From NCBI RefSeq assembly GCF_009914755.1, contig NC_060932.1: a stretch of 64,000 nt of DNA. One strand, given 5' to 3'. The DNA is from the human T2T-CHM13v2.0 reference genome, Homo sapiens. This document shows positions 13,890 to 27,759 of the stretch, in pieces. A program made the position numbers and the translations under genes. Below the pieces are notes generated by a model. The model made no database searches. It had not been told where the DNA came from and saw nothing but the letters and a program-made list of their open reading frames with translations. Numbering within the stretch: position 1 is the first letter of the stretch; every line of letters starts with the position of its first letter.

Positions 13890-14600
13890 AGAGTTATTCT
13901 GGAGCTTTCAGAATAGCAGAGTAATAAACTCTCTCATTCTCTAAAACAATGGGAAAATCAGCCAAACATCAAACACAAACCATTTGGGAACTCTGGTAAT
14001 TAACAAAAGCCACAGAACAAATGAAAATATAGTCTATGCAACTATTCCCATCCCCCTGTCTCCCCAGCTCAGTGGTGTGGTAGCCAAAAGCTTGCATCAG
14101 TGTAGACAATGGAGAGATCGGAATGCCTAGGGATCTCTTAAAAGCACTATCCCAAGAGCACACTCAATACATTGCCCATACTTTCAGGCCCCTAGCAAAT
14201 TTAAAAATACATAGAAAGTAAACAACACATTTCTAAATAACCCATGGGTCAAAGAAGAAGACAGGGGGAAATGGAAAATATTTTGAGATAAATGAAAACA
14301 ACATAGCATTACAAAACTGAAACGATGCAGGTAAAGCTGTGCATAAGAAGACATTCATAGCTGTAAATATCAACTTTGAGAAAGACAAAACACCTCAAGT
14401 CAATTACGTTACTTTCATTTTCAGAAACTAGAGGAACAACAGCTAACCAAACCCAAGACAAGTGGAAGGAAGAAAATAGAAGTTTAGACTAGAAATAAAT
14501 GAAATCAACAACTCTGTGACTATACTAAAAACAACTGAACCGTACACTTTAAATGGGTAAATTTGATGGTGTATGAAATATCTCTCCGTAAAGCTCTAAA
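13890..14600 (+). mobile_element. Old L1M remnants (5'-like piece, ORF2 piece, 3' end)
   Basis: aacaacacatttctaaataacccatgggtcaaagaagaa (ORF2) then tatactaaaaacaactgaaccgtacactttaaatggg (L1MC/MD/ME-type 3' end); the 5' piece is the least certain. Confidence 0.7.
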
Positions 14601-14961
14601 ACGAAGTAATATTAGTGAGGGACACTTAAAGTAATTTTTTTAAATGGTACAAGGTGCCAATAAAGTTATTGACACAAATAGTGAGTAACTTTTATTGGCT
14701 TTGAACCAACTGGTTGAAACAGAATTAAGAGAGAGGCAAGAGGAAATATCAAGAATTAGGAAGGAGAAATTATATGTAACAAACAGCAAATAAGCAGAGC
14801 TACCAGATGACATTCACTAAGTTCTGCTGTTCCTCAGGCCACCTCTCTGTTTAGAAGTCCCCCCGCCCTGCAATGGAGTGTGGACTAAGCAAAGAGCATT
14901 GGAGAGGTTCCACTGATGACTCTTTGACTCTTAGAGATTAACAGTGGACCTACCACTCTAA

Positions 14962-15268
<307 letters not shown>

Positions 15269-17035
15269 AGAGCCTTTATTATGTAAGTATCTCTTTGTTT
15301 AGGCTAAAGTCTTGGCTACATCATGTCTGACACCATTACGAAGAAAACAAATATTTAAAATAATGTATATTTATATTTTAATGTCTAAAATGTATTATCA
15401 AATCTGCTCCATGATCTAAGCACTTATTTATTTTATTGAAAATCCAACTGCTTCTAAATCATGATAATTGCTTTAATTTTATTTCCAGGCAGGCATTTGA
15501 TTTGTATTCCATCATATGCTACATGTTTTGAATAAATTTATTGCACTTGTCATCTAAGCATAGATATTTCTTCAAAATAATGAATAGTGTAAAGATATTA
15601 AAGGCATAAAAAATAATATTTTTCTCTATCATGTTGATTTTCAATAATTCTCCCTTTTACTGTCAAACACAAATGTACATCTTTTCTTTTTAACTTATCC
15701 ATCCAAGTTTTTAAAAGGCCAAATAAGTTTCACAATGGGAGCTTCCAAAGCATTCATTTTCCTACAAAAACGAATATATTTATTCGTTTTTTTATGGGAC
15801 AAATGATAAGGAAAAACTGATCACTCTGGTTACTTACAATAGTTCTAATGGATTTTCATGTTCCTTTCTGTTATTACATTTATGCAAAAGGGTTTTTTTT
15901 TTCCAATGTAAATGTGAAATTGGGGAACTTTGTTAAATCAGTACTGTTGAGAAGTGGGCTGTACTGAGATGAATATCCTTTTAAACAAATCTCTAAGAAA
16001 GCAAAGGTCAGGATTGCCTTTCTTCCCAAGTAAATGACAGGGATGTTCCCTGTCCTAAGTGGAAGATCAGTGTCTCAATTGCAGTTCCCTCTTTATTTGA
16101 GGGTAGATGAGAAAGAACTTTAAGCACTTAAGAAGTAGACATGGGTTTACACTTGAAAGCCAAATCAAGGCAGTCTTCTTTTTTTCTTTTTTTCTTTTTT
16201 TTTTTTTCCATTTTGGCTTAGTGCTAACACATTTAAAAGACAATTCGACACTTACTATTCAGAATCTTTTCTAAAAGTTTCCTATATTAAGAACCAGCCA
16301 TGTTTGAAACAAATGCCATCTATAACTTTCCCACATTTTGCAGATATATTATGCAAGTTAAAATATAATTAACAACTGTGAGAAAAAAAAAGATTGGAGT
16401 CATTTGGGGAAAAAAAGGAAAGCACATATGTTTCCCTGATCTAGTGGGGGAAATAAGTAGTACTGTGGTTCTGATGTAGCTTGCCCTTGGCCTGTCTTTT
16501 CTGATATCTGATTGGCTACAAATGAGATGAGGTGGCCCATATACAATATTGAAGTTGAATGTCGATATCTTCCAAAATGATGCAGCACTGTTAAGGATAC
16601 TGTTGATTTAACAAACGTATGCATATGGAATGACTTTCAGAAAAGCTATGTCAAGATCTATAAGAGGAACAGAGCAAACGAAGTCTATAATGAGAATGAT
16701 TCCTGTGGTGTCTAAGAGGCAAGCACTAAATAAAGAATGGCAGAGGCAATGAAACACAAATCACTCCACCTTAAGGAGAAAGTAGCAGTAATGAGAAGAG
16801 GAGTGTGATTTCTACTTCAGTAAAAGAGAGCATAGTTTCAAGAAACAGATGGACAGTGAATGTGAATACATTAGTGAAAGCAGTACTGTGGAAGGTTCTT
16901 ACAGTTTTGTTGCTGTTGTTGTTGTTGTTTTACCTATTCCCTATAAAGGTGGTAGGTTGGATTTTGAATTACTCATACTTGTAATCAAGAAGTTACAGTA
17001 CTTCATGGCTCAAAGTCCTTTAAAACCTAATTGTA

Positions 17036-17380
17036 GGCCAGGTGTGGTGGCTCATGCCTGTAATTCCAACACTTTGGGAGGATGAGGTGGGAGGATAGCT
17101 TGAGCTCAGGAATTTAAGACCAGCCTGAGTAACACAGTGAGACCCCCATCTCTTAAAAAAAATTTAAAAAGTTAGCTGGGCATGGTGGCACGTGCCTGTA
17201 TTCTCAGCTACTCAGGAGGCTGAGGAGGGAGGATCTCTTAAGCCTGGGAGATTGAGGCTGCATTCAGCTGTGATTATGCCACCTCACTCCAGCCTGGATG
17301 ACAGAGTGAGACTCTATGTTAAAAACAAAACAAAACAAACAGACAAATTAAAAAAGACCAGAAAAACAACAAAACGAAAG
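17036..17380 (+). mobile_element. AluJ
   Basis: J-type Alu with a long (AAAAC)n-decayed tail. Confidence 0.93.
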
Positions 17381-17568
17381 AAAACTAATCATAGAACTAG
17401 AAAACCATGAATAATGGAAATCACTAAAAATATATATAACTAGCCAAGCTTTTTTTCAATATTTTAAAATTGACACTCTTGGGAAGTATCTCCTGATTCA
17501 GCCCATTGTTTTGCTCTGAGTTTCTTATATATCACATACCAGGAGGGGCTATGTCAATGAGGGGAGAT

Positions 17569-17610
17569 ACACACACACAGACACACAGACACACACACAC
17601 ACACACACAC
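17569..17610. repeat. (CA)n microsatellite, interrupted
   Basis: AC run with two G interruptions. Confidence 0.93.
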
Positions 17611-17803
17611 TATTGCTTCATTAGTAACAGTTCCTCATTGTTTCACTGGTGATACTTTCAATAAGTTTTTTCAGTTCCCTTAGTCTGCTCCTAAACACAC
17701 CAGCCTACTATGCACATGAGATGTCCTTTCCTGCCAGCCGCCAGTTAGATTCTCACTTCTACCAACAGTGCAGCTGTATTGTAGATTAAAAAAAAAAAGT
17801 TGG

Positions 17804-18124
17804 GTTTTTGTTTTTAGGTTTTTTTTGTTTTTTTTGTTTTTGAGACAGAGTCTCGCTCTTGTCTCCCAGGCTGGAGTGCAGTGGCGTGTTCTCAGCTCAC
17901 TGCACCTCCCCCTTCCTGGGTTCAAGCAATTCTCCTGTCTCAGCCTCCCAAGTAGCTGGGACTACAAGTTTGCACCACCACACCCGGCCAAGTTTTGTAT
18001 TTTTAGTAGAGACTGTGTTTCTCCATGTTGGCCAAGCTTGTCTTGAACTCCTGATCTCAGGTAATCTGCCCACCTTGGCCTTCCAAAGTGCTGGGAATAC
18101 AGGCATGAGCCACTGCACCTGGCC
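17804..18124 (-). mobile_element. AluS (Sx/Sz-like)
   Basis: T-rich tail followed by a full antisense Alu. Confidence 0.95.
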
Positions 18125-18186
18125 CAAAAAAACTGCATTTAACTCAGGCATTAATTTGCTCCTGTATGGCATTCTACTCTACTAAT

Positions 18187-18947
18187 TGCTCATCATCACT
18201 GGCCATCAGAGAAATGCAAATCAAAACCACAATGAGATACCATCTCACACCAGTTAGAATGGTGATCATTAAAAAGTCAAGAAACAACAGGTGCTGGAGA
18301 GGATGTGGAGAAATAGGAACACTTTTACACTGTTGGTGGGACCGTAAACTAGTTCAACCATTGTGGAAGTCAGTGTGGCGATTTCTCAGTGATGTAGAAC
18401 TAGAAATACCATTTGACCCAGCCATCCCATTACTGGGTATATACCCAAAGGAGTATAAATCATGCTGCTATAAAGACACATGCACACGTATGTTTACTGC
18501 GGCACTATTCACAATAGCAAAGACTTGGAACCAACCCAAATGTCCAATGATGATAGACTGGATTAAGAAAATGTGGCACATATACACCATGTGATACTAT
18601 GCAGCCATGAAAAACGATGAGTTCATGTCGATTATAGGAACATGGATGAAGCTGGAAACCATCATTCTCAGCAAACTATCACAAAGACAGAAAACCAAAC
18701 ACAACATGTTCTCACTCATAGGTGGGAATTGAACATTGAGAACACTTGGACACAGGAAGGGGAACACCAGACACCGGGACCTGTTGTGGGGTCAGGGGAT
18801 GGGGGTGGGATAGCATTAGGAGATATATACCTAATGTAAATGACGAGTTAATGGGTGCAGCACATCAACATGGCACATGTATACAAATGTAACAAACCTG
18901 CATGTTGTGCACATGTACCCTAAAACTTAAAGTATAATAAAAAAAAA
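18187..18947 (+). mobile_element. 5'-truncated younger L1PA (PA3-5-like): ORF2 C-terminus, 3'UTR and poly(A)
   Basis: Peptide [16 protein letters not shown]...KMWHIYTM; G-rich 3'UTR tract; ttaaagtataataaaaaaaaa end. Confidence 0.96.
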
Positions 18948-19363
18948 GAAATATATCACAGACAACTTAGTAAGAGCCCAAAATACAAAACACAGAGAAA
19001 GAGTCTTAGTTCAAGTTGTATTATTTACTATGTGACCTTGGCCTGTGACTTAATTCTTTGAACTCATTTCCCTCATTATATCTAATGAAAATAATGCCTA
19101 CAACTTATTTTACATAAGAAAACAAGTGGAAATACAATTTTCCTAATATTATTAGTATGTACATATTGTTGCATACTAATTTTAATAATGACAAGTATGT
19201 TTTAGAGGCCTTCAGATTAATCATAATCATTATTTTGTGGCATAGTATCATGATCAATTAGTGCATACACCCTATTTTATTCATATTTACTTTAAAGAGG
19301 CTTTATTTGTTTTTTCCTTTGCTCCTAACCTGAATCCCACTCCATTTCGACCCCCATACACCA

Positions 19364-20291
19364 TGTCGGTGGTTGAATTCTCCAGAAAGCAGATTCTAAG
19401 ATAGAATGTAATGAACAGGATGTCTATGTGGGATATCTCACGGCAGGGAGTGAAAAGATGCAGATTGCAGCAGAGGGACAGGGACAGCAATGATTCAGGC
19501 CCACATCAGCCTCAGCCAACCTCAAGAGAAGCTCTGGAGTGAGCCATGGCCCTTTAGAGTTGCCTTGCATTGGCCAAATGGCTGAAACTCTGTATCTCCC
19601 ACACAATAATAGTGGGAGACTTTAACACCCCACTGACAATATTAGACAGATCATTGAGACAGAAAATTAACAAAGATATTCAGGACCTGAACTCAGCTCC
19701 AGATCAAGTGTACCTGATAGGTATCAACAGAATTCTCCATCCAAAAATAACAGAATATACATTTTCTCATTGCCACATGGCACTTACTCTAAAGTTGATC
19801 ACGCAATTGGAAGTAAAACACTCCTCAGCAAATGCAAAAGAACTGACATCGTAACAGTCTCTCAGATCATAGCGCAATCAAATTAGAACTCGGGATTAAG
19901 AAACTCACTCAAAACCAAAGAACTACATGGAAATTGAACAACCTCTTCCTGAATGACTCCTGGGTAAATAATGAAATTGACAGACATCAAAAAGTTCATT
20001 GAAACTACTGAAAACAAAGAGATAACATACCTGAATTTCTGGGACACAGCAAAAGCAGTGTTAAGAGGGAAATTTATAGCACTAAATGCTCACATCAAAA
20101 AGCTAGAAAGATCCCAAATCAGTTTCTATCTGTAAGTGAATGTGAGGTCTTAGCAAAGTAGCTCCTATATCTGAGGCAATCCCTAATGGGACTGACATCT
20201 GGGGATTATCTGCTCACAACATTTTCAGAAGCCGGAACAGAAGTCATTCCTTGAGGGAACCTTTGGGAAGCATATCATGGTGTCCACCACA
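19364..20291 (-). mobile_element. ERVL solo LTR (LTR16/LTR33 class) split by an L1 fragment
   Basis: ccagaaagcagattctaag, gctctggagtgagccatggccctttagagttg; resumes after ~20121 (ctgaggcaatccc...tgtccaccaca). Confidence 0.7.
19596..20121 (+). mobile_element. Internal L1P ORF2 endonuclease-domain fragment
   Basis: Peptide HTIIVGDFNTPLTILDRSLRQKINKDIQDLNS; no 3'UTR or poly(A). Confidence 0.93.
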
Positions 20292-23200
20292 GACTATAAA
20301 TTATATGCATTTAAAAAATAAAAAATATTATGTTGTATATTTTGGGCTGTCTCCCTATTTTATTTTCACAACATGCCTATCAGATTTATCGATGATGAGA
20401 GTTGCAAATCTAGTTAATATAAAATTATTTTCCTTCTATCTATGTGTTAGAGTGAATATCGTTGGTACTGTATCTATAGACACAATCTCAACACACTTAT
20501 TACTGCTATGTAATAAAGATATTTTTAAAATAAAAGATGTTAGCCTGTTCCACTCAGACTGCTTAGGTTCTTAGAACTCATTAACCAATCACTCAGATAG
20601 CAATTCTGCCACTCCAGTTTATTGTCCACCACCTATATTTCTTTTTCTCAAATCCCATTGTTTGATTACAACAGCTCTGTTGCTAATAGCAACACAACTC
20701 CTGGTAATACCTTCCTCAATCTACCCTCTTTTTCTATTTTTCTATCTCCAGGTCCACTCTGTCTTAGCTTTTTCCCTTTTCGCACCTGCACTAGACCCTG
20801 TCGGCTCAGCATCATTTGGATCCACTGACTCCAAATGTGACTTTGTTATATTCTCCCTCCTTCTTCCCCCTCACCCAGAATTTAACAAAATATATGGTGT
20901 GGAACAAGTGCACGATAACCACTGATTTTTAATTTTTTAATATTTCTAATTTTATTGATTGCATCTCATTTTACATCTATGTATTTATACATAATTCTTA
21001 ATGAGTAGGATCATAAAATAATTTTTTGAAAATAAATATTATTTTTGAAAAGAAGCTTCAAAATGATGTAAATTTACATGGTCTCTTCTCCTGTTTTAGA
21101 GGTAAACTCTTTCTCATTTCATATCTTACTTTAAAACTATCTCATCTGGTGATGAAACAGAACAGAACAGAAAGAAGAAAGTCTATGAACCTCCCTCGCC
21201 TCAATGTTGGGCTACTTAAAAAAAAAAAAAAAAACCACAGAGTGCAAAGTGAGAACCAGAAGGAACTTTCTCCTGTATTTTTCAGTTTTGGCCCTTGGAA
21301 TCCTGGGTTAAAAGACTGTTTGGTGTTACTCCAGGGCAAGAGCCTGAAGAGAAGGCAAGACTCTATGCTCACATATCTACTTGTGCTTTAGCCATATTCA
21401 ATATTATACATTAAATACACAAATAGTTTTTAAAAATGAGTTTCAGTGCTTAAAAAAAGGAAGAAAAAAAACTGAGAGTTACTGATCCAATCCTTATTTT
21501 ATTTAGTAATGACAAAGGGCCAGAACAGAATTCACTTGTCCAAGATCAAATGATGTTTCACACTTCATATTTCATTCTCTTCACTCTTTCGGGTCTAGTT
21601 ATTAATATATGTTTGGTTATTAGTTTCATAGCCTTGTGTCTCCCAAAATCTTACCCAGCTTGGTTTCTAGATTTCAACCTCTACTAAGCAAGACTATGAC
21701 TTTGACCTGGCCTGGAGTTCAGACATGTTCCTTATAGCTATCTTTGCTGGCATCCTGTTGTTTTTTTTTTTTTTTTTCCAATAGTACCCTTCTTCTATTT
21801 TGCTGTTGTTGTTGTTGTTTGTTTCTAGTCTACCTTCAAATATCATAAGCCTTGAAAATAGCATTATAGGTTCTCATTTCTGTTTACTGAAGTAAGAATT
21901 TGAAGGCAGCTGGATAGGTATGATGATAGAAGGAGTATCTCCTTACTTATCATATATTTAGAATAGCAATCAAGTAACAACAAATTGAATTGTAATGGAG
22001 CCAACCATTTGTTTTGTCATCCTTAAATTTCACATGTGGAGTTTAGCATAAACTCATTCCTCTTGATGATTATTTGACAGATTGATTTCAAAGACTTTGG
22101 AAAGAGATAATTTGAAGCATCAGATTGAATAAACAATCACAATGTTTCTCTAAGACTCTGATTAATTCTAAATATAAGTGTCTTGTTTAGAATCCATTGC
22201 ACTGAGAATGTGCAATGCATATCCTTCCCTTAGTGCCAAAGTGCTTTCCAAACCTGGCCTGTTTTTGATGCACCTTATTGGGCTGAGTATATAATAAGTT
22301 TTACAATGACACTGAGTTAAGGAACAGTGTGATATAACTACATAAATAAGTTCACAAATAATTATTTATATATCAGTATAAGATAAATGAACTATTTATT
22401 TATGCCATAAGCTATAAATAAATAGAATCTTCATTCTTAGACATTGCCCTTCTTGGTGGGTAGATGGTAAAGACCTAACATACACTGGGTGTCTATTTTA
22501 GCCAAGACATTTTGCATATAGATTACTAAAGTTTCCTACAAAGGAGAAATTAAAATTAGAGAAGGAACTACTCTCATGGTTTTTAAAGGTTTCTCTGGAT
22601 GCAGAAAAAAAATGATAGAGATCTCCTAAGTGTATATGGCACCAAGAGGGCATTCACTTATTTTAAGAAAGAAAAGGTAGATATTTAGTATTTCACAATA
22701 AGTCATCTATTTTTAGTATATATTTAGTAACATTATATTTTATGTTACAAATTATCAACATCACAATTTATCTAATATTAAAAGAAAGCTCTAGAGATAT
22801 CTCTTCTTACCCCATCTCCTTTCAATCCTCCAGTCCTTCTGGTTTTTATGATACTAAACTCACTGGTTCCAAGTGTAGACAGACAGACAGGCGCGTGTGT
22901 GTCCCCTCTCTCTCAGCTGTGACTTCTGCAGGATCTTTCTTCTTTCCAGAAAAAATCGACAGCATTCTCCACCCACTGCCATGACTTTTTCCTTGTATTA
23001 GTAAATTACTAATTGTATTTTATTTCTGTTTTCAAATGTCACCTTCTCTGGAAATACTTTGCCAAATCAGTCACTGAAAATCCCATCCCAGGTGGGCTTT
23101 CACAACCAAAGTCTCTCTGAATATTTCTGCTTTGTATCACATACGAATCTCTATTTAATATGTCCATGTGCCTGTTTGTTTTTAAATTGGTCCAGTCATC

Positions 23201-24150
23201 CCTTGAGGAAAGACATTGAGTTTTACCTAGCATTGTATTCTCAGTACCAGCACAGTGGATGATTCATAGTGGGTGTTTGGGGATTAATTAATACAGATAC
23301 GGTTCTGGTTAGAGTAGTATATTATCTACCTATTTGTTATGCCTAGGGACTAACACCTATAATTTCAAGGCTCTTGAGTGTGAATTTTGAGTATGATACA
23401 TCAATACATGCTGCTATGCAAAACATGTAATTAATTGGGTTGGATCCTTCTTTGATTGAAAAATTCTCAAAACAAGAGGAATGATCTTATTCTCAGTAGC
23501 TCAGCTGGTCCTCTGACACTTGCTTGAACTTCTTTCACAGCCGGCATTATGATCCCTTTTCACTGAGGGAAGGTGTCCTTGCTCTCTTAACTGACATCTT
23601 AAAGTCAGGAAAGGGACTTTCATCTTTATATTCCCCACAGTGCCTGGCACACAGAAAAGGCCCAGTAATTGTAGGACTCAAGTGATGCATGATTTTAAAA
23701 AGGCCAAGCAAATGTCAGGGTTATTTTGTTTGTTTTAATCAGTCTTTTAAAAATAATTGCAGAATCTTTGAGGGGTTTTGTTGTTGATGATGTTATATTT
23801 TTCTGATTATAAAAAGAAGTGCAACTCACAGAAGAGAATTTGGGAAGAACATGAAAATACATAAAGAAGCAGAATAAAATTCACCCTTAATACCTAGATT
23901 GATCTGTTAGAAATTTAGCATATTTCTGTACAGTCTGTCTTTTTTAATCATAAAGGACTTTATGTTATATATATATAATTGTATACTTAGCTTTTTCACT
24001 TAAGGTAATAGCACATTAATTTCTGTTATTACAAAGTTTGACCACTTAATATTCTATCCCATGCATGCTCATATATTTTTAAGCCAGACCGTTAGTATTG
24101 AACATTGTTGATGATTGTTTATAACTTTTCACAACTGTTCTTAGCATACT

Positions 24151-25170
24151 TCATTTCAACAAATATTTATTGAGGGCCTTCTATGTATCAGATATTGTTT
24201 TCCATCCTGAGAGATAGCATAGAATAAACTAGCAAAAATCCCTGCTCTCAGAGAACATATATCCTAGTTATAAAAACAAAAATATAAACATGATAAAATA
24301 ACATATGGTTTATTAGACAGAGGTGAAAGCTAAGGGGAAGCAAAATATATTGGGAGGTAGGGAATAAAAGGGTCAGAGGGTGGACACATATTTAGCTTGA
24401 GGTGGTGAGAGAAGGCTTCACTCAGGAGATATTTGAACAAACACCTCAGGGAGGTGAGAGAACAAATAATCCTGAAATGAGGTGGCTGGGGGAGGGAAGA
24501 AGAGCTTCCCAGGGGCAAGTCCTGGGGAAAAGTGTCCCTGGCATGTTCCAGGAGCAGCAGGAGGTCACATTGATTGAGGAGAAGAAAAGAAAGAGATGAG
24601 ATCAGACATATCCCAGGAGGGAAGATTTTGTAGGTTTTTAAACTCACTGCAATGGCTTGGCTTGTTCTACTCTAAATGAGACGGGAAAATCACTTTAAGG
24701 TTTTAAAAGAGTAGCAACATGGTAGAATTTGAGTCTTTAGATCACTTTGGCTTCTGGGGTGGAGCAGACTAAAGGGGCAAGTTGGCACCCAGGATGCAAG
24801 TTGAGAGGCTACTGCAATAAAAGAAGTAACGGCATAATGACCTAGGGCAGAGTACTGCAGTGGAGGTGGGAGAAATTCTGAATGTATTATTAGATTACAG
24901 TGGGGGGTAAGAGAATCAAGAGGTCAACGATGACGTCAGAGTTTTGGCTTAAGCAGCTGGAAGAAAGGTGATGCCATTTAGTGAGATGGGGCAGATTGCA
25001 AGAGGAACAGGTTGAAGGAGGGCCAAGACTGTATCATTCTCCACATCCTTATGTTGGATATCTAAGTGGAAATGCCAAACAGACAGACAAATATACAAGT
25101 CTGGATTCAAAGGAGAAGTCTTCACTGGAGATATAAATTTTAGGGTCCTCATCATAGAGATTATATTTAA
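24151..25170 (-). mobile_element. L2
   Basis: Begins catttcaacaaatatttattgag (L2 3' end, antisense) with a purine-rich L2 body. Confidence 0.85.
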
Positions 25171-25727
25171 ACTAAAACATTCTCATGCAGATATCCTTAT
25201 TCATATTTTTGTCATTTGCTTTCCATGGATAACTATATATGGAGTCAGTCAACATTGACTCCAATATTCATTGGATTAACTTGATTCATACATATAAATT
25301 ATTTTCCTAAAACACTGTGCCAATTTTTCTGACTGCATTATCATTTTACATCTTTAGGTATGCTAATGTAAAGAGAAAAAACTAGATGCATATATTTTTA
25401 GGCCTTCATTCTGCATTAATTTGATTACTGGTAAGGATATTATTGGGTTAAATACTAAAATGAAAACATTCCATCAAAAATAGCAAAACCTATAAATATA
25501 TCTATACACATACATAGCTATACATATACATATACATAAACACACATACACAATCATATAAAAACTATGAATAATTTTGATAACTAGATGCAGGTTAGAG
25601 GAAAATGTAAACAATAATGAACATAGCAGCTGTAGCAATATGACAGGAAAGAGTTAATAACTGAATACTTAAAGGTTAAATAAACTCACTAGAAATGTAT
25701 GAAATCCCTTAAGAAAATAGACACGCA

Positions 25728-26056
25728 ATATTTGTATTTATGTGCCTGGCTTATCTCATTTTCCCTAATATACTCCAGATTCATCCATATAGTTGCAAAA
25801 GACAGAATTTCCTTCTTTCCTAAGGCTGAGTTGTATCCCATTGTGTTTACCAGAAACTGGGATCTGAGGGAAATAGGAAGATGTTGCTCAAAGGGTACAA
25901 AGTTACAGTTCAATAGGAGGGATAAATGATAAGTATTTGAGGTGATAGATGTGTTGATTAGCTTAATTCAGTCATTCCACATTGTATACATCTATCACAA
26001 CGTCACTCTGTGCCCCCTAAATATATATAATTTGTCAAGATGTAATAAAATAAAAA
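25728..26056 (+). mobile_element. 5'-inverted L1MA 3' end
   Basis: Antisense segment ~25728-25846 joined to a sense L1MA 3'UTR; degenerate TSD aaaa.tagaca...aatat on both sides. Confidence 0.8.
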
Positions 26057-27651
26057 AGTAGACAAAGAATATAAACTGAGCATCACATACTTTTTCAAAA
26101 AAGCAATACACCAAAAAAGCAAAAGACCAATACACATAGTAGTGACCTTTATCCTTAAATGACAAAAGATGGCTAAGATTGCAGGGCACCGTCTCATGGG
26201 TGGAGTAAGAGATTGAGCTGATGAACAGGGATGCATAAAGATATTCTGTTGCCAACCATGATTTCATAACCATCTCTAGCTCTTATTTTATTTATTAGGG
26301 CCATACGTGAGAAGCTTTGCCATCTTTTAATAACCCTCTTGCACTTGAACCGTGACTATGATTTCAAAGAATTGCCTGATCAAAGCAATGTAGAATGCAG
26401 GAAAAGAAGTGAAAGAATATAGAAAGAAAGTATACATAATCGTATCATGAGCAACAATGAACAAAGAAATAAGCAAGAAACAATGTAAGTCCTTATTGTA
26501 TTCTTGAAAGACATTGAAAGTTTATAAGAAAAATCCTTAGAAATCATTAACGTAAGATCCAAAGAAAATATTGACTCCTTTCAGATAAGTAATTCTTTAG
26601 TATATTAAATTGTCTCATTGTTTATATGAAGCAAAAGAACATTAAAATATCAATTTCATTCCATTTTATAAGGCATAATGCCTTGATCTGCTACTGAAAC
26701 ACATTGTCTATATACATTCATTTGTTTTTCTCAAAAATATGTAAGTTTTATTGTGAAGTAAACATTATTTTTTCACACAGATTTTTCAACAGGTTGTAAT
26801 AAATATGGCTTAAAATATTACTTTAATGATATGGGTACACTGCTACAAGAATTGTACTCTTTCATAAAACTTGGTGCATATTTCAAATAAATCACTTAAT
26901 AAGATCCAAAATATTATCTAGCACATTTGCCAATTTTCAAAACCTACACAAAGTAACATTGTATTTTGTTTCTCCAATTCCTTTCCTTCACCCCAATAAC
27001 TTTCCTTAGAATGGTTATAATTGGCATAATACTCCTGGAATCTAACATATATTCTTCTGCTGCAATTTAAACCATTTAATTTCCTACCACCTCTGATTCA
27101 GTGAAAAAATGGCAACAGTACAATATATCATCATCATATCAATGTGTGGTGCTTGAGGCAAGAAACTATTTTTGAATTCCACCCTCTCAGCTTTCTTTCT
27201 TCAAGCTTAGCTTTATTTAGGGAAGACTGACCAAAAAAAAAAAATGTAGATAGATAAAAATCCTGTAAAAAGTACTTTACTTCAACCTGTATTTAAAAAA
27301 TTGTGCTCAAGTAATATACTCTGAACCTTAATTTTGTATTGAGAATAAAACGCCTAATTAGATAATCCTGAAACAGGATGTGCAATTCATGTTATATTAA
27401 TGTATTAAGTTGACATCACACTTCATATGTGTAAACTAATAAGACACAGAAAGCTGGAGGGTGGTTGAGGGTTAGAAGAGTTGGGCAAGTAACTTGACTT
27501 GGACTCAAAATTCTTATCTATAAAATGATGACAATAACACCAGCCCTGTGTATTACATATTTTTGAAGTAAACATGGATCAAAAAAATTTGTGAAAATGT
27601 TCACAAATATGTTATTATGTATTTGAACATATTAACATATACTATTAATGT

Positions 27652-27701
27652 AGTTATTTTAAATACACAAAATATAGATATTTTGTGTATTTAAAATAAC
27701 T
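27652..27701. repeat. Perfect inverted repeat, 24-bp arms, 2-nt spacer
   Basis: AGTTATTTTAAATACACAAAATAT-AG-ATATTTTGTGTATTTAAAATAACT. Confidence 0.97.
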
Positions 27702-27759
27702 GCTTGCATATTTTAAATATATTTTATTTTACAATATTGCATATTTTAAATATGCAAGT

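Noticed and set aside
17680-18185. Alu-derived ORFs (also near 4.5, 28, 34, 46, 57, 60 and 63 kb)
   Set aside because: Standard Alu translation artefacts.
18788-18810. G-quadruplex-like tract
   Set aside because: Ordinary feature of the L1 3'UTR.
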